A stretch of DNA of 33,934 nucleotides, from assembly GCA_963976265.1 (NCBI GenBank), contig CAXBKM010000001.1, positions 1 to 33,934 on the forward strand, in the 5' to 3' direction. Source of the stretch: an uncultured Maricaulaceae bacterium. GTDB taxonomy: Bacteria > Pseudomonadota > Alphaproteobacteria > Caulobacterales > Maricaulaceae. Below are positions 8,749 to 18,193 of this stretch, in pieces. Position 1 is the first letter of the stretch; the number at the start of each line of letters is the position of its first letter. A program made the position numbers and the translations under genes. Under the pieces are notes generated by a model. The model did not search any database. It saw only the letters and a list, made by a program, of their open reading frames with translations, and was not told the origin of the DNA.

Positions 8749-10653
8749 CTACGAATCTAACGAGCTTAGATAGCCCGCTTTCAATCTGGTGGTCTCCGCG
8801 CTCAGCAATTTTACCCGGCGCTCAATATCGGCCTTGAGTTTCTCCAGTATTGAATTTTCGCCTTTTCCATAGATCAGGCCAGAAACCAGCGCATTGCCGA
8901 GGGTATTTTCAGGAAGGGGCGTCCACCCATCAGAATTGTCAAAATGAACCTGTAGCGAAGGCGTCATCTCGCCGGACGGGTATTCCCGCGACCGGACCCA
9001 ATTGCGTTGATCTTCGGCACACTGAATGATTTTTGGAACGTGAAGCAATTCCAAATTCTGCAATTTTCGTCCGAGATCAGACGATGCGCTAAACTGACCG
9101 CCTACTATTAACTTTTGCTGAAACGGCGTTTCGAGCTCGCCAAACGATTGCTCCTCAGTAATCCAATCATCGTCAAATGGCGTTTCATTTACATCAGGAT
9201 CTAAGAAGCCCTCTAAATGGACGTTGTTATCACCATAAGTCTGTCGGCGAAGGCCAAGACATGCATAGCCATGAAGCCAAACGGGATTGTCGGCAACGGA
9301 GTAGCTAATGGGGCCCTGGAAAGAGCTTTCTGGCTCTGAGCCAAGATAGCTTTCATGCCACTCATTGAAGTATCCATCAGCGGAGCTGATCGCAGTCGTC
9401 TGTTTCGAAAATTCCCTGCCTATGTAAGTCACATCATGGGGCGCGTACGTCCACCAATTTCCACTAGCAAATCCAAAGTCTAGTGGGCCTTCCACTCCCG
9501 CTTGGCCAATAATCAAGTCTATTGAGCGTGCTTGAAAAAAGACACGCCAATGCATTCCACTAATTGCGGTTTGGCCCACTGATTTCGCAATCTTGTCCCA
9601 AAGAGACCATTCAAACCCGGCGGGGTCGAACCCCGACCTTCTGATACAGTCGATATAAACCTCGTGCTCCAAATGTCTTTGCCACCAAGCCAGAGCAGAT
9701 TCTGGCGTTGTCCCTTCACCAAACGTTTTCCCCGCAGCATAAAAATCATCGATGGTAAGGGATTTTATTTCGCTGAGGCGCTCGGTGTCATCTTTATGGT
9801 CGAAACAAAGAACAGGCCTTGGCCAGAATAAAGTTGCCAAGCGAATTCCTGGATAGAGGTATGGCAAACGAATGGCCTGCTGGAACGAGTTCAGGTTTAA
9901 TAAGCTGTTGTAACTAGGGCCTTTGTAGGTGATCTGGGCAAAAGGAATTCGGCTTGAGATTAAGCTTTTCTGGTCAATTTCGTCTCTGTTGCCGTCGAAT
10001 TCAAAGCTGCTTTCCGCGCAAATTCGCAGATATCCTCGAACGTCTGTTTCCAAATCCAAAGTTGATAGTGCGTTTTGAAAAGCGCGTGACGCAGCTGCAG
10101 CAGGAGAATATTCAGCATTGATTGAAACGGCGGCATCCTCGCTAAAGCTTGTGCCCCTGCATAGCCGTCGGATAATCGATTGCTCTTCCAGCGGCAGCGC
10201 GGATTGCCCTGAAAGAAGATTCCCTGCTGCACATGCCAATCGATAAAAATCAGCGCCGTGCGCCCCAAGCGTATCCATACTAGTGGGCGCTTTGTCAGAG
10301 CTGAATCGCACAAACCGTTTGCGTTTTTTCGCCCTGGATTGTCCCCCTTCGACACCGTAAGCATACTCACATATTTTGTTGAAAGCCTTTACTGGGCTCC
10401 CAGTCGAAAGCTCCTCAATAATCGAGCCAAGATTTCGGACCAGCAAAACCCGGTCTTCGGTCGATAGGCGTTTTTGTGCCCTCAGTTTTTGCTCAAGCTC
10501 ATCATACGAGATGTTGCTGTGCGGACGCCGCCTACCGACAGCTTCGTCGCGCGCTTCCTGGTCGATTTGCACTGGAGCATTGGGCTTGTTTTTATCGATT
10601 TCCGAAGGAACACGCGCTCGACCCGACGGGAAGTCCACTATCTTATCGGACAT
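8749..10653 (-). CDS. Large hypothetical protein (634 aa)
   Basis: Long ORF with AGGAG SD; start overlaps the end of the upstream DUF4258-like ORF. No family motif recognised. Confidence 0.75.
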   Translation of the reverse strand: MSDKIVDFPSGRARVPSEIDKNKPNAPVQIDQEARDEAVGRRRPHSNISYDELEQKLRAQKRLSTEDRVLLVRNLGSIIEELSTGSPVKAFNKICEYAYGVEGGQSRAKKRKRFVRFSSDKAPTSMDTLGAHGADFYRLACAAGNLLSGQSALPLEEQSIIRRLCRGTSFSEDAAVSINAEYSPAAAASRAFQNALSTLDLETDVRGYLRICAESSFEFDGNRDEIDQKSLISSRIPFAQITYKGPSYNSLLNLNSFQQAIRLPYLYPGIRLATLFWPRPVLCFDHKDDTERLSEIKSLTIDDFYAAGKTFGEGTTPESALAWWQRHLEHEVYIDCIRRSGFDPAGFEWSLWDKIAKSVGQTAISGMHWRVFFQARSIDLIIGQAGVEGPLDFGFASGNWWTYAPHDVTYIGREFSKQTTAISSADGYFNEWHESYLGSEPESSFQGPISYSVADNPVWLHGYACLGLRRQTYGDNNVHLEGFLDPDVNETPFDDDWITEEQSFGELETPFQQKLIVGGQFSASSDLGRKLQNLELLHVPKIIQCAEDQRNWVRSREYPSGEMTPSLQVHFDNSDGWTPLPENTLGNALVSGLIYGKGENSILEKLKADIERRVKLLSAETTRLKAGYLSSLDS

Positions 10654-10990
10654 GGTTATGTCTCCTGCAGTAGCGCTTATTTGCTGAACCTAAGGCCACC
10701 GCCTTACGTCGACGCTTATATGGGCGTGGATCCCTTTTGTAGCAGGTGATGATGGTTTCATCAGAGGCGATCACTGCGCATAAGCGCATGGCTTGATCTG
10801 CTAGCTCGATAGAATAACCACTATCAATTAGATCAATGTAGCTTTGATCGAGCACTCGCCGTTTTACGACACCCTTGCCCGCCGGAATATCGCTGCCGAA
10901 TAGTACAAGCAGCTCGAGAGCCTCATTCGAAACGCCGCGCTGGGCAATGCGCTGGGCCGCGTGGATTGTGAGATTTGTTTTGTTCGGCAT
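10643..10990 (-). CDS. DUF4258-like (RelE/BECR-fold) small protein
   Basis: AAGGAGG SD before ATG 10990 (MPNKTNL). TIHAAQRIAQRGVS…LFG…VIASDETIITCY pattern. Confidence 0.7.
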   Translation of the reverse strand: MPNKTNLTIHAAQRIAQRGVSNEALELLVLFGSDIPAGKGVVKRRVLDQSYIDLIDSGYSIELADQAMRLCAVIASDETIITCYKRDPRPYKRRRKAVALGSANKRYCRRHNHVR

Positions 10991-11243
10991 TGGATCCTCC
11001 TTGATGACTTGGAGAATCACCAACTTTCGGCCAACAGTATACCGCAATTTGGCAATAATATTGGGAATATTGGTGTGGTTTTTTGGCAATTCAAAGCTTG
11101 GTGTTGGTAACGAGATGGCGGCTTTCTGGTCGTCTCCATCTTATTTTGCGCGGCTACAAGGCTAATCTGGCAAACATGCCCAGCCCCATCGAAGGTGGCC
11201 GGTGATTGGACCGCGGCGGGCTTCGACCGACGCGGTCAAGCCA

Positions 11244-11879
11244 TCAAGGTGCCAACACAACCGCGTTTGACACGAAGAACGCGCCTGCTCCGAATAACGG
11301 CAATAGTTGCACGACGACAAGCTGCCTCTCAAACCGAACGGTATTGCGAATTACCGATTGCGAGGGGCTGCCACGCCCCCCGCGTGCGGCATCTCGCATG
11401 TATGGGGTGTTTTGTAACGTCCTGACGATACGGAAAAGCCTGCGAAATGGCCGCGTCAGGTATTCAAAAGGCGCAAAAAGAACCTGCCTGACGAAGAAAT
11501 ATCCCGTTCTCTCGTAGAGCCCGCGGAGCGCGCCTTGCCTTAACGCTCTGTCCATTGTGTTTTCAACGCGAATACCTTTGACCTCAAGAGCCAAGCGTGA
11601 CTGTGCGCGCACGACCCTAATGTTTCCTGCAATCGCTAGAGCCCAAATTGAAATCAGGTCCATTGCCCAAAGCGGGACGCTGAAGTCGAAGAATTTTAGC
11701 GTCCACCAATCAAGAGCATACCGTTTAAGCGTTTCGATGAACCATCGATAATATTCAAGGATATCGTCAAAGATTGGTGCCAACCCGACGTCGAAAGCCC
11801 TCTGGGCCAACGACACAATGGTTAAAGCGCCTAGGAGAATTCCTAGAATGGTAAATGTATTCAGCGTAAAACGTCCCAT
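11244..11879 (-). CDS. Hypothetical membrane protein
   Basis: 211 aa ORF with hydrophobic N-terminal, central and C-terminal segments. Confidence 0.55.
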   Translation of the reverse strand: MGRFTLNTFTILGILLGALTIVSLAQRAFDVGLAPIFDDILEYYRWFIETLKRYALDWWTLKFFDFSVPLWAMDLISIWALAIAGNIRVVRAQSRLALEVKGIRVENTMDRALRQGALRGLYERTGYFFVRQVLFAPFEYLTRPFRRLFRIVRTLQNTPYMRDAARGGRGSPSQSVIRNTVRFERQLVVVQLLPLFGAGAFFVSNAVVLAP

Positions 11880-12142
11880 GCGCTTGGCGCCCCCGGTTGA
11901 GCCAATCGCAACTTAGAGCATTTTTCGGTGTCGTACACATCCTCCTGCGCGGCGAAAGCCCTTCAGGAAATTGGAGGCGGTATCGCCGCTTGGCGAACTC
12001 GATCGCGCGCGCGTGTTCGAACGGTTTTGGACAGCGCTTCGTCCAATTGGAGTAAACCAGACGCCGCGCCCAAGCATCTAAAAAGTCGAGCTATTTCTAA
12101 TTTTTCGATATAGATGAGAGGGGGAACAATGAGGAGTTCCCC

Positions 12143-13303
12143 ATGACATCCGTAAAGCTCACAAACCAGTTTGTTTCCAGCGTGCCCCCAGCCAGCGACG
12201 GCCAGGTGCTTTACCGCGACGCAGTCCTACAGGGATTTGGCTTGCGCGTGGGTGCCCGCTCAAAAGTGTTCTTTGCTGAAGGCAATGTCCATCGCCGCAC
12301 ACGCCGCGTCACGATTGGCCGCGCCGATGTGCTGTCAGCAGAAAAGGCAAGAAAGGAAGCGGCGCAACTCCTTGCCAAGATGGCAAGAGGCGTTGACCCT
12401 AATGCGGAACTGAAAAAGGCAGCCGAGCGATCACTTTCGTTGGAACAGGCCTTTGAGCAGTTCTTTAAAAACCGGCCCCACCTTTCCAAGATCACGCTTG
12501 ATGCCTATCGCCGGACATATCGCCTTTATCTGGCAACGTGGCGAAACAAACCTATCGCCGAAATCACGCGGTCAATGGTCCTCGCTCGGCACCGCGCTAT
12601 CGCGGAAAAGCATGGCGAGGTCACCGCCAATAACGCGATGCGTCATTTGCGGTCCATATACAATTTCACGGCAGCAGCCTGCGAGGAAATGCCGCCCAAC
12701 CCCGTGCAAATCCTCACCCAAGGACGGTCGTGGTTTAAAGAAAGGCGGCGCTCTGGCCTTATTCGGTCCGAGGATTTACCCAATTGGTGGAGGGCCGTTC
12801 AATGCGAAGCGCCAGCAGGTCGGGATATTCTAACCGTAGCCATTTTGACCGGCATGCGCCGCAGCGAAATTCTAGGCCTGCGCTGGGAGCATATCGATCT
12901 TAAAGCCGCACGCCTCGACATTCCCATTACCAAGAATGGCGATCCGCTAGAACTGCCGCTGTCCCCCTATTTGGTGAAGCTGCTTAAAACCCGAAGGAAG
13001 CTGGTTGGTAAAGCCGACTGGGTCTTCCCTGGACGAGGCAATCGCAGCCACCAGACCGAAACCAAGCGGCTCGTGGCGCGGGTGAAGTTCGCGAGCGGCA
13101 TCGACTTTACGCTGCATGACCTTCGCCGAACCTTCATCACCATCGCGGAAGGACTGGACGTGCCCTATTATGCGCTTAAGCGCCTTCTCAATCACCGGAT
13201 TTCAGGGGATGTAACCAGCGGCTACATTGTCAGTACCGCTGATCGGCTACGCGAACCGATGGAGAAGGTGACCGCCGCCATTCTGGCTGCAACAAAAGCC
13301 TAG
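12143..13303 (+). CDS. int: Tyrosine recombinase/integrase with N-terminal arm-binding domain (P4-like/DUF4102 type)
   Basis: N-terminal YRDAVLQGFGLRVG…RRVTIGR. Catalytic R (TGMRRSE), K (TKNG), HxxR (HDLRR), H (LLNH) and Y (SGY) all present. Confidence 0.95.
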   Translation: MTSVKLTNQFVSSVPPASDGQVLYRDAVLQGFGLRVGARSKVFFAEGNVHRRTRRVTIGRADVLSAEKARKEAAQLLAKMARGVDPNAELKKAAERSLSLEQAFEQFFKNRPHLSKITLDAYRRTYRLYLATWRNKPIAEITRSMVLARHRAIAEKHGEVTANNAMRHLRSIYNFTAAACEEMPPNPVQILTQGRSWFKERRRSGLIRSEDLPNWWRAVQCEAPAGRDILTVAILTGMRRSEILGLRWEHIDLKAARLDIPITKNGDPLELPLSPYLVKLLKTRRKLVGKADWVFPGRGNRSHQTETKRLVARVKFASGIDFTLHDLRRTFITIAEGLDVPYYALKRLLNHRISGDVTSGYIVSTADRLREPMEKVTAAILAATKA

Positions 13304-13600
13304 CCGCGCCTTGCACCAAACTGGACAGATTTGGATTTGCCGCAGCGGCGATTGCAATGCGCGCCTACGGTACCTAGATAGATTTGGCCGGTTAGGTAGA
13401 AAGCGCATTGAGCTGGAACCGCAATCGACAACAAATAAACGACGTGGCCCGACAGGGCCGACCGACTGAACGGCTGGGTCAAGAACGTAGAGGCCCATTA
13501 AAGTAACGCCCACACCCGCCTAGCGGGTTGTTCTCGCCCGAGGTCGATTTCCGAAAACAACTGCGACGCAATGCTGCGCGTCCATTGATAGGAGGTCGAC

Positions 13601-13819
13601 ATGGCTGAACATGTCACCAATGGCTCTGGCCAAACCCAATTTCTATGCACCAAATCAATCGCCCGCCGCTTTGGTCTTTCACCCTCCTGGTTTGAGAAGG
13701 CCCGCTGCCGGGGTGAGGGACCCCCATTTTATCGGATTTCCACCAAAATCCTCTATGCGGTGGATGAAGCCGACAACTGGATGGCCCAACACCGTGTAAG
13801 CGGGAGGCCAGGCCAATGA
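13601..13819 (+). CDS. AlpA/excisionase-like HTH DNA-binding protein
   Basis: FLCTKSIARRFGLSPSWFEKARCRGEGPPFYRI…ILYAVDEADNW pattern. AGGAGG SD; ATGA overlap with the primase gene. Confidence 0.85.
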   Translation: MAEHVTNGSGQTQFLCTKSIARRFGLSPSWFEKARCRGEGPPFYRISTKILYAVDEADNWMAQHRVSGRPGQ

Positions 13820-16209
13820 CGATCAAGCTCCCCAAACCCGAAACATCGGTACTCGAAGCTGCGAGGCTCTACTTGGAAAATGGCTGGCAGCCATTTCCCC
13901 TAAGGCCACGCGATAAGAAGGCTGCTGGCAAATGGAAGGAGGTCAAATCTTGGACCAAAGCAAGCTTAGTGAAGTCGTTTCCACCGAGCGCCAACATTTC
14001 GCTTCGTACAGGACCGGTCTCGGGGAATCTCATCGACCTCGATTTTGATTGGCCGGAGGCCGCTCAGGTTGGCGCCAAACTCTTTTATATGCTTCCCGCT
14101 TTCGGCCGGAAGAGTTCGGCGGCAAGCCACCGAATGGTTCGTACGGTTCTCAAGAAGACTAGAATTCCCTTCGAACTCCCGAACAGCTGGACCAGAGGCA
14201 TCGATTCCAATGGTTCAATGGTGTTCGAGCTGCGAGGTGACAAGCACCTGACGATGGTGCCACCGTCCATTCATCCGAGCGGGGAAAGGGTTGAGTGGGA
14301 ATCGGGCAACAAAGAAGTGCCAGAACTGCCTGCCAACGAACTCGTTGTGCGCGCTGGGCTGTGTGCATTTCTCGCCGTGATTGTGCGTTATTACCCTCGG
14401 CAGTCTGGAAATCGCGATGAAGTCTGCCTCGCGTTGACTGGCACCCTCATTAGGACCGAGCTATCCGATGTCGATATCGACCAGTGCGTCGCGCTGGTTG
14501 CTCAGCTATCCGAAGATGAGGAAGCCCAAAACCGAGTTGGAAAGTCAGAGGCTAGCCGCACCAAGGCCAAGGCCGGTGAGAATGTGTGGGGATTGCCAGA
14601 GCTATGCCGCAAGCTTGAAATCTCAGAACTCGAACCGACGCTCCGAAAATGGCTAGGGCTAGAAGGCGACTATAATGACGGTCGCCCCCAGATCGTCATC
14701 AAGCCCGGAGATAGACCGCGCATGGTCGATGAGGCCGAACAAGCCCTCATCAAAGCTGATGTCGGCGTCTTTCAACGATATGATGAGTTGGTGCGTGTCG
14801 TGCGCCTGGAAACACCAACTTCTGAAAGCGGCGTAGGTCGTCCTACAGGTGCCTTGCTGATCCGCTCGGCACCCGCAGCCTGGCTAACCGAGCAATTTGC
14901 ACTTGTGGCGCGCTGGGTGCACCCAACGGAGGAAGGGTATCGGCTTTCAGATCCTCGCTCTTCATTGGCAGCCGCTTATCGCGCTCGTCTCGGTAGTTGG
15001 CGGGTACGCCCATTGTCAGGCGTCACCGCGACACCAACCCTTCGCTTTGATGGCTCACTGCTAACGATCCCGGGCTATGATGCTGCGACCCAAATCTACT
15101 ACGACCCTGGGACCGCCCAGTTTCCAGAAGTGCCAGAGGAGCCAACCGAAGATCAGGCGCGGGCGGCATTGGCGGTTCTTGCCAAGCCGTTTCGGGACTT
15201 TGTATTTGCTGATGATGCTTCGCGAAGTGTCGCCATAGCGGCGGTCCTAACTGCTTTGGTCCGTCCAATGTTTCCATCTGCACCGCTGTTTGCGATTGAT
15301 GCGCCCACTGCTGGAACTGGGAAATCTCTTCTGGCCGAAACGATTGGGATCATTGCAAGCGGCCACAGGCCAGCGATGATGTCCCAGGGGGCCAACCTCG
15401 AAGAAGATCAAAAGCGCTTGGGGTCAGTGCTCATGACCGGTGACCGCGTATTGGTAATCGACAATTGCGACAAGCCAATCGAAGGGGACTTCCTCTGCTC
15501 AATGCTGACCCAGTCGGAAGTTCAAGTGCGTATTCTTGGTAAGTCCGAAATCGTCCGGTTGCCCACGCGGTGCACCGTCATCGCCACTGGCAACAATCTC
15601 GTGATCTCGGGCGATATGTCGCGGCGGGTCTTGCGATGCCGCCTAGACGCTCAGGTGGAACGGCCCGACCAGCTTCAATATGATTTCGACCCGCGTGAAG
15701 AAGCTCTGGTAAACCGGCCAGAAATCGTCAGCGCGGGACTCACGGTGCTGCGGGCGTATATCGCAGCGGGGAAACCGCCACAGACTGACAGGATCGGCTC
15801 CTTCGATCATTGGAACATGGTCCGGGATGCGCTGGTTTGGCTTGGTGAGGACGACCCCGAGACAACCCGGCTTGATATCCTTGCTGATGATCCCAGTAAA
15901 AACACGCTCGTTGAACTTCTCGTCGTCTGGGAGGAGGCGCTGGGGGATATTTGGGTAACAATCGCTGATTTGCCAAAGCTGCCTCATTCGAAAGCCAAAG
16001 TTGCTTTGGTTTGTGAGCTGAATGGCGCAACACGGCAGCACGAGTTCAATCCGCGGAGTGTTGGTCGGTTTCTGGCTAAGCATGTCGATCGGATAGCGGG
16101 CGGCAGAGTCCTGCGCGCCGAGGCAGGCCCAGGAAGCGTGAAGCGTTACCGGGTGGAACAGTTGAGAAAGCCGGATGAATCGCCAACAGATGGAGATTTG
16201 CCTTTCTGA
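13816..16209 (+). CDS. Bifunctional primase-polymerase fused to a P-loop (SF3-like) helicase; replication protein
   Basis: N-terminal GWQPFPL…NISLRTG…LIDLDFD…H…PPSIHPSG (prim-pol). C-terminal APTAGTGKS (Walker A), VLVIDN (Walker B), IATGNN and DMSRR. Confidence 0.88.
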   Translation: MTIKLPKPETSVLEAARLYLENGWQPFPLRPRDKKAAGKWKEVKSWTKASLVKSFPPSANISLRTGPVSGNLIDLDFDWPEAAQVGAKLFYMLPAFGRKSSAASHRMVRTVLKKTRIPFELPNSWTRGIDSNGSMVFELRGDKHLTMVPPSIHPSGERVEWESGNKEVPELPANELVVRAGLCAFLAVIVRYYPRQSGNRDEVCLALTGTLIRTELSDVDIDQCVALVAQLSEDEEAQNRVGKSEASRTKAKAGENVWGLPELCRKLEISELEPTLRKWLGLEGDYNDGRPQIVIKPGDRPRMVDEAEQALIKADVGVFQRYDELVRVVRLETPTSESGVGRPTGALLIRSAPAAWLTEQFALVARWVHPTEEGYRLSDPRSSLAAAYRARLGSWRVRPLSGVTATPTLRFDGSLLTIPGYDAATQIYYDPGTAQFPEVPEEPTEDQARAALAVLAKPFRDFVFADDASRSVAIAAVLTALVRPMFPSAPLFAIDAPTAGTGKSLLAETIGIIASGHRPAMMSQGANLEEDQKRLGSVLMTGDRVLVIDNCDKPIEGDFLCSMLTQSEVQVRILGKSEIVRLPTRCTVIATGNNLVISGDMSRRVLRCRLDAQVERPDQLQYDFDPREEALVNRPEIVSAGLTVLRAYIAAGKPPQTDRIGSFDHWNMVRDALVWLGEDDPETTRLDILADDPSKNTLVELLVVWEEALGDIWVTIADLPKLPHSKAKVALVCELNGATRQHEFNPRSVGRFLAKHVDRIAGGRVLRAEAGPGSVKRYRVEQLRKPDESPTDGDLPF

Positions 16210-16224
16210 CGCCCGTCGCCGCTA

Positions 16225-16286
16225 GGTTTAGGGGGTTTGGTGGGTTTTGTAGGCTTGCCTGCAAAACCCACAACACCCCTCAAACC
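16225..16286. repeat. Long imperfect inverted repeat with 9-bp-spaced GGTTT units; candidate origin and/or terminator
   Basis: GGTTTAGGGGGTTTGGTGGGTTTTGTAGG-CTTG-CCTGCAAAACCCACAACACCCCTCAAACC, 15 bp after the primase stop codon. Confidence 0.6.
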
Positions 16287-16428
16287 CCGTTTGCTGACAG
16301 GCATTCTGAGGGCATTAGATGCCATGAATTATCAGAAAGAGACCTAGGCTTCTAGGGTATCTTTAGATTTATAGATTGACTTAAGATAAAAAGGAGGGCA
16401 TTATGGATTTACAGAACGGAGATCTATC

Positions 16429-17013
16429 ATGCCTGAAATCGAGATAACCACCCCAACCTATCGTCGGCTCCAACAGCTGGCTGAACCGCTTGTTGATACA
16501 GCAGAGGACGTGATTGTTCGTGCGCTTGACGCGCTAGAACATGGCGCCGCTACAGCGACCTCGACCCCCACGCCCATGACCGCGGATAAGTCCCCGCTGG
16601 AATTCAGTGCCGGTCAAATACCCGACCTCACTCATACAACTGTGGAGGTCGGCTATTTCAACGGGCAGAAATTCCAGCGCCGCTATTGGAACCCCATGAT
16701 GTGTGAGCTCATTCGTCTGATTGGTGAGAAAAAGACCTCGAATGAAGTTGAGAGAATTGTCCACGCACCTACCGTAAGGGGCGAATTCACCGACAACGGG
16801 TACAAATACATAGACACTGCTGATTTGTCGGTTCAGGGGCAGGACTCGAACGGCGCTTGGGAAAATATTGTCGCTATTGCTGACGCCCTCGCATTGCCTA
16901 TCGAAATTCACATTAAATGGCTTGAACATGCGGACGCTGCTCTCCCTGGCCGTCGAGCGGTGCTGTCCTTTAATCCCAAAACCACTGAGGCAGGAGACGA
17001 CAATGACATCTGA
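16429..17013 (+). CDS. Hypothetical protein with N-terminal ribbon-helix-helix-like segment (resembles proteins annotated 'T4SS effector SepA family')
   Basis: MPEIEITTPTYRRLQQLAEPLVDTAEDVIVRALD is RHH-like. C-terminal PDLTHT…WN…GY…SVQGQDSN.AW motif. Family name from memory, uncertain. Confidence 0.6.
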   Translation: MPEIEITTPTYRRLQQLAEPLVDTAEDVIVRALDALEHGAATATSTPTPMTADKSPLEFSAGQIPDLTHTTVEVGYFNGQKFQRRYWNPMMCELIRLIGEKKTSNEVERIVHAPTVRGEFTDNGYKYIDTADLSVQGQDSNGAWENIVAIADALALPIEIHIKWLEHADAALPGRRAVLSFNPKTTEAGDDNDI

Positions 17014-17476
17014 TCAACTTCCCGGAAAATTGACCATCGAAAAACTCGAGCAAATGACCGTCAAGGAACGTGAAAACCTCTGGATCAATGCACGGTCCAA
17101 GGACACCGAAGAAGCAAACTTCCTCGTCACCGTGATTGAATCTTTGGGCTTACCGTACTCTGAAGACGGCGGAATGAAGCTCAACTCGCCAATTGCGATC
17201 AAAATGCGCGAGCTAATTGATTCCCGTGAGGGCCGCCGCCGTTGCATTGAGGCAACCAAGAACGACATGCCCGCGCTAGCTGGCCTGGACAAAGAACTCA
17301 ATGAGCTCCTAGGCGTCGACTATCGTGGGGGCAATGCCGCGACGCAAACCGCAGGATATTTTGTGGGAGAGGTGATGCGGTCCCTTGGCTATACCATTAA
17401 GGATCGTCGACCAATGCCGCCTGGGTCTGTGGCAAAGACGGCCGCATTTTGGGTGCCCCGGCCAGCAATCGCCTAG
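17003..17476 (+). CDS. Hypothetical protein (157 aa), translationally coupled to the upstream gene
   Basis: AGGAG SD before ATG 17003 (preferred over 16868). Overlaps the upstream gene by 11 bp. Confidence 0.7.
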   Translation: MTSDQLPGKLTIEKLEQMTVKERENLWINARSKDTEEANFLVTVIESLGLPYSEDGGMKLNSPIAIKMRELIDSREGRRRCIEATKNDMPALAGLDKELNELLGVDYRGGNAATQTAGYFVGEVMRSLGYTIKDRRPMPPGSVAKTAAFWVPRPAIA

Positions 17477-17498
17477 GGCCGGTACTGTTTCAGCGATC

Positions 17499-17909
17499 TG
17501 TCCGTCGTCAGGACGTTTGGCACAGAAGGTGTCGTAGATTAGCGGAGCATCGGCCTCGTCTGGTTGGTTGATATTAGGCGGCGAGTTTGCGGTGTTGCAA
17601 GCGTCGATGTTCGATGGTCTGTCGCTAGATCCTTTCACGTTGTTTGATGATGGCAGGAGCCCTGCCGAAGTAGGCGTCGGCAGGCGTCACATTGTTCAGG
17701 CTCTCGTGGTAGCGTTGATGATTGTAGTGTTCGACGAACGCTTCGATCTGGGATTCGAGGTCGCTGGGCAGGAAGTAGTTCTCCAACAGTATCCGGTTCT
17801 TCAAGGTCTGGTGCCAGCGCTCGATCTTGCCTTGCGTCTGCGGATGGAACGGAGCGCCGCGAACATGGCTCATGCGCCGGGCCTCGAGATAGTCTGCCAG
17901 CTCGCCAGC
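17499..17909 (-). pseudogene. Truncated IS3/IS481-type DDE transposase remnant with one terminal end
   Basis: AGELADYLEARRMSHVRGAPFHPQTQGKIERWHQTLKN…YNHQRYHESL. A premature TAG interrupts RERI*RQTIEHRRLQHRKLAA (true stop 17574). Probable IS end TGTCCGTCGTCAG at 17499. N-terminal part absent. Confidence 0.88.
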
Positions 17910-17910
17910 A

Positions 17911-18156
17911 CTGTTCGCCCAGTTTCGGGACGACTTCCCTCACCGTTCCTACGTCGCCAAGAACGCCCTCGGTCGGGCTATTCAGAAACACATGCCTGCC
18001 GTCCAAACGCGCCAGAATGGCAAGTGCTTCAATCCACGAACCGGGGAGCATGAGCGGTCTACAGTCTACGAGTGGCCACCGCTTGATGAGGCGCGCCGGA
18101 TCTTTGAAAAACACGTTGGGCAGAGCATCGAATGGGAAGTGGAGGTAATTGCCTGA
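17911..18156 (+). pseudogene. Orphan C-terminal fragment of a primase-helicase-like (DUF5906/D5-type) replication gene
   Basis: Not in the ORF track. Frame from 17911 reads LFAQFRDDFPHRSY…ALGRAIQKHMP…VYEWPPLDEARRIFEKHVGQSIEW…*, resembling the C-terminal tail of such proteins. Abuts the IS fragment. Confidence 0.55.
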
Positions 18157-18193
18157 GCGGCAGACGATGTGCCGCCAGAAACACCATTCTAGC

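Noticed and set aside
17568-18114. ORFs 17568-18053 (+) and 17635-18114 (-)
   Set aside because: They are shadow or alternate frames spanning the IS remnant and the adjacent replicase fragment.
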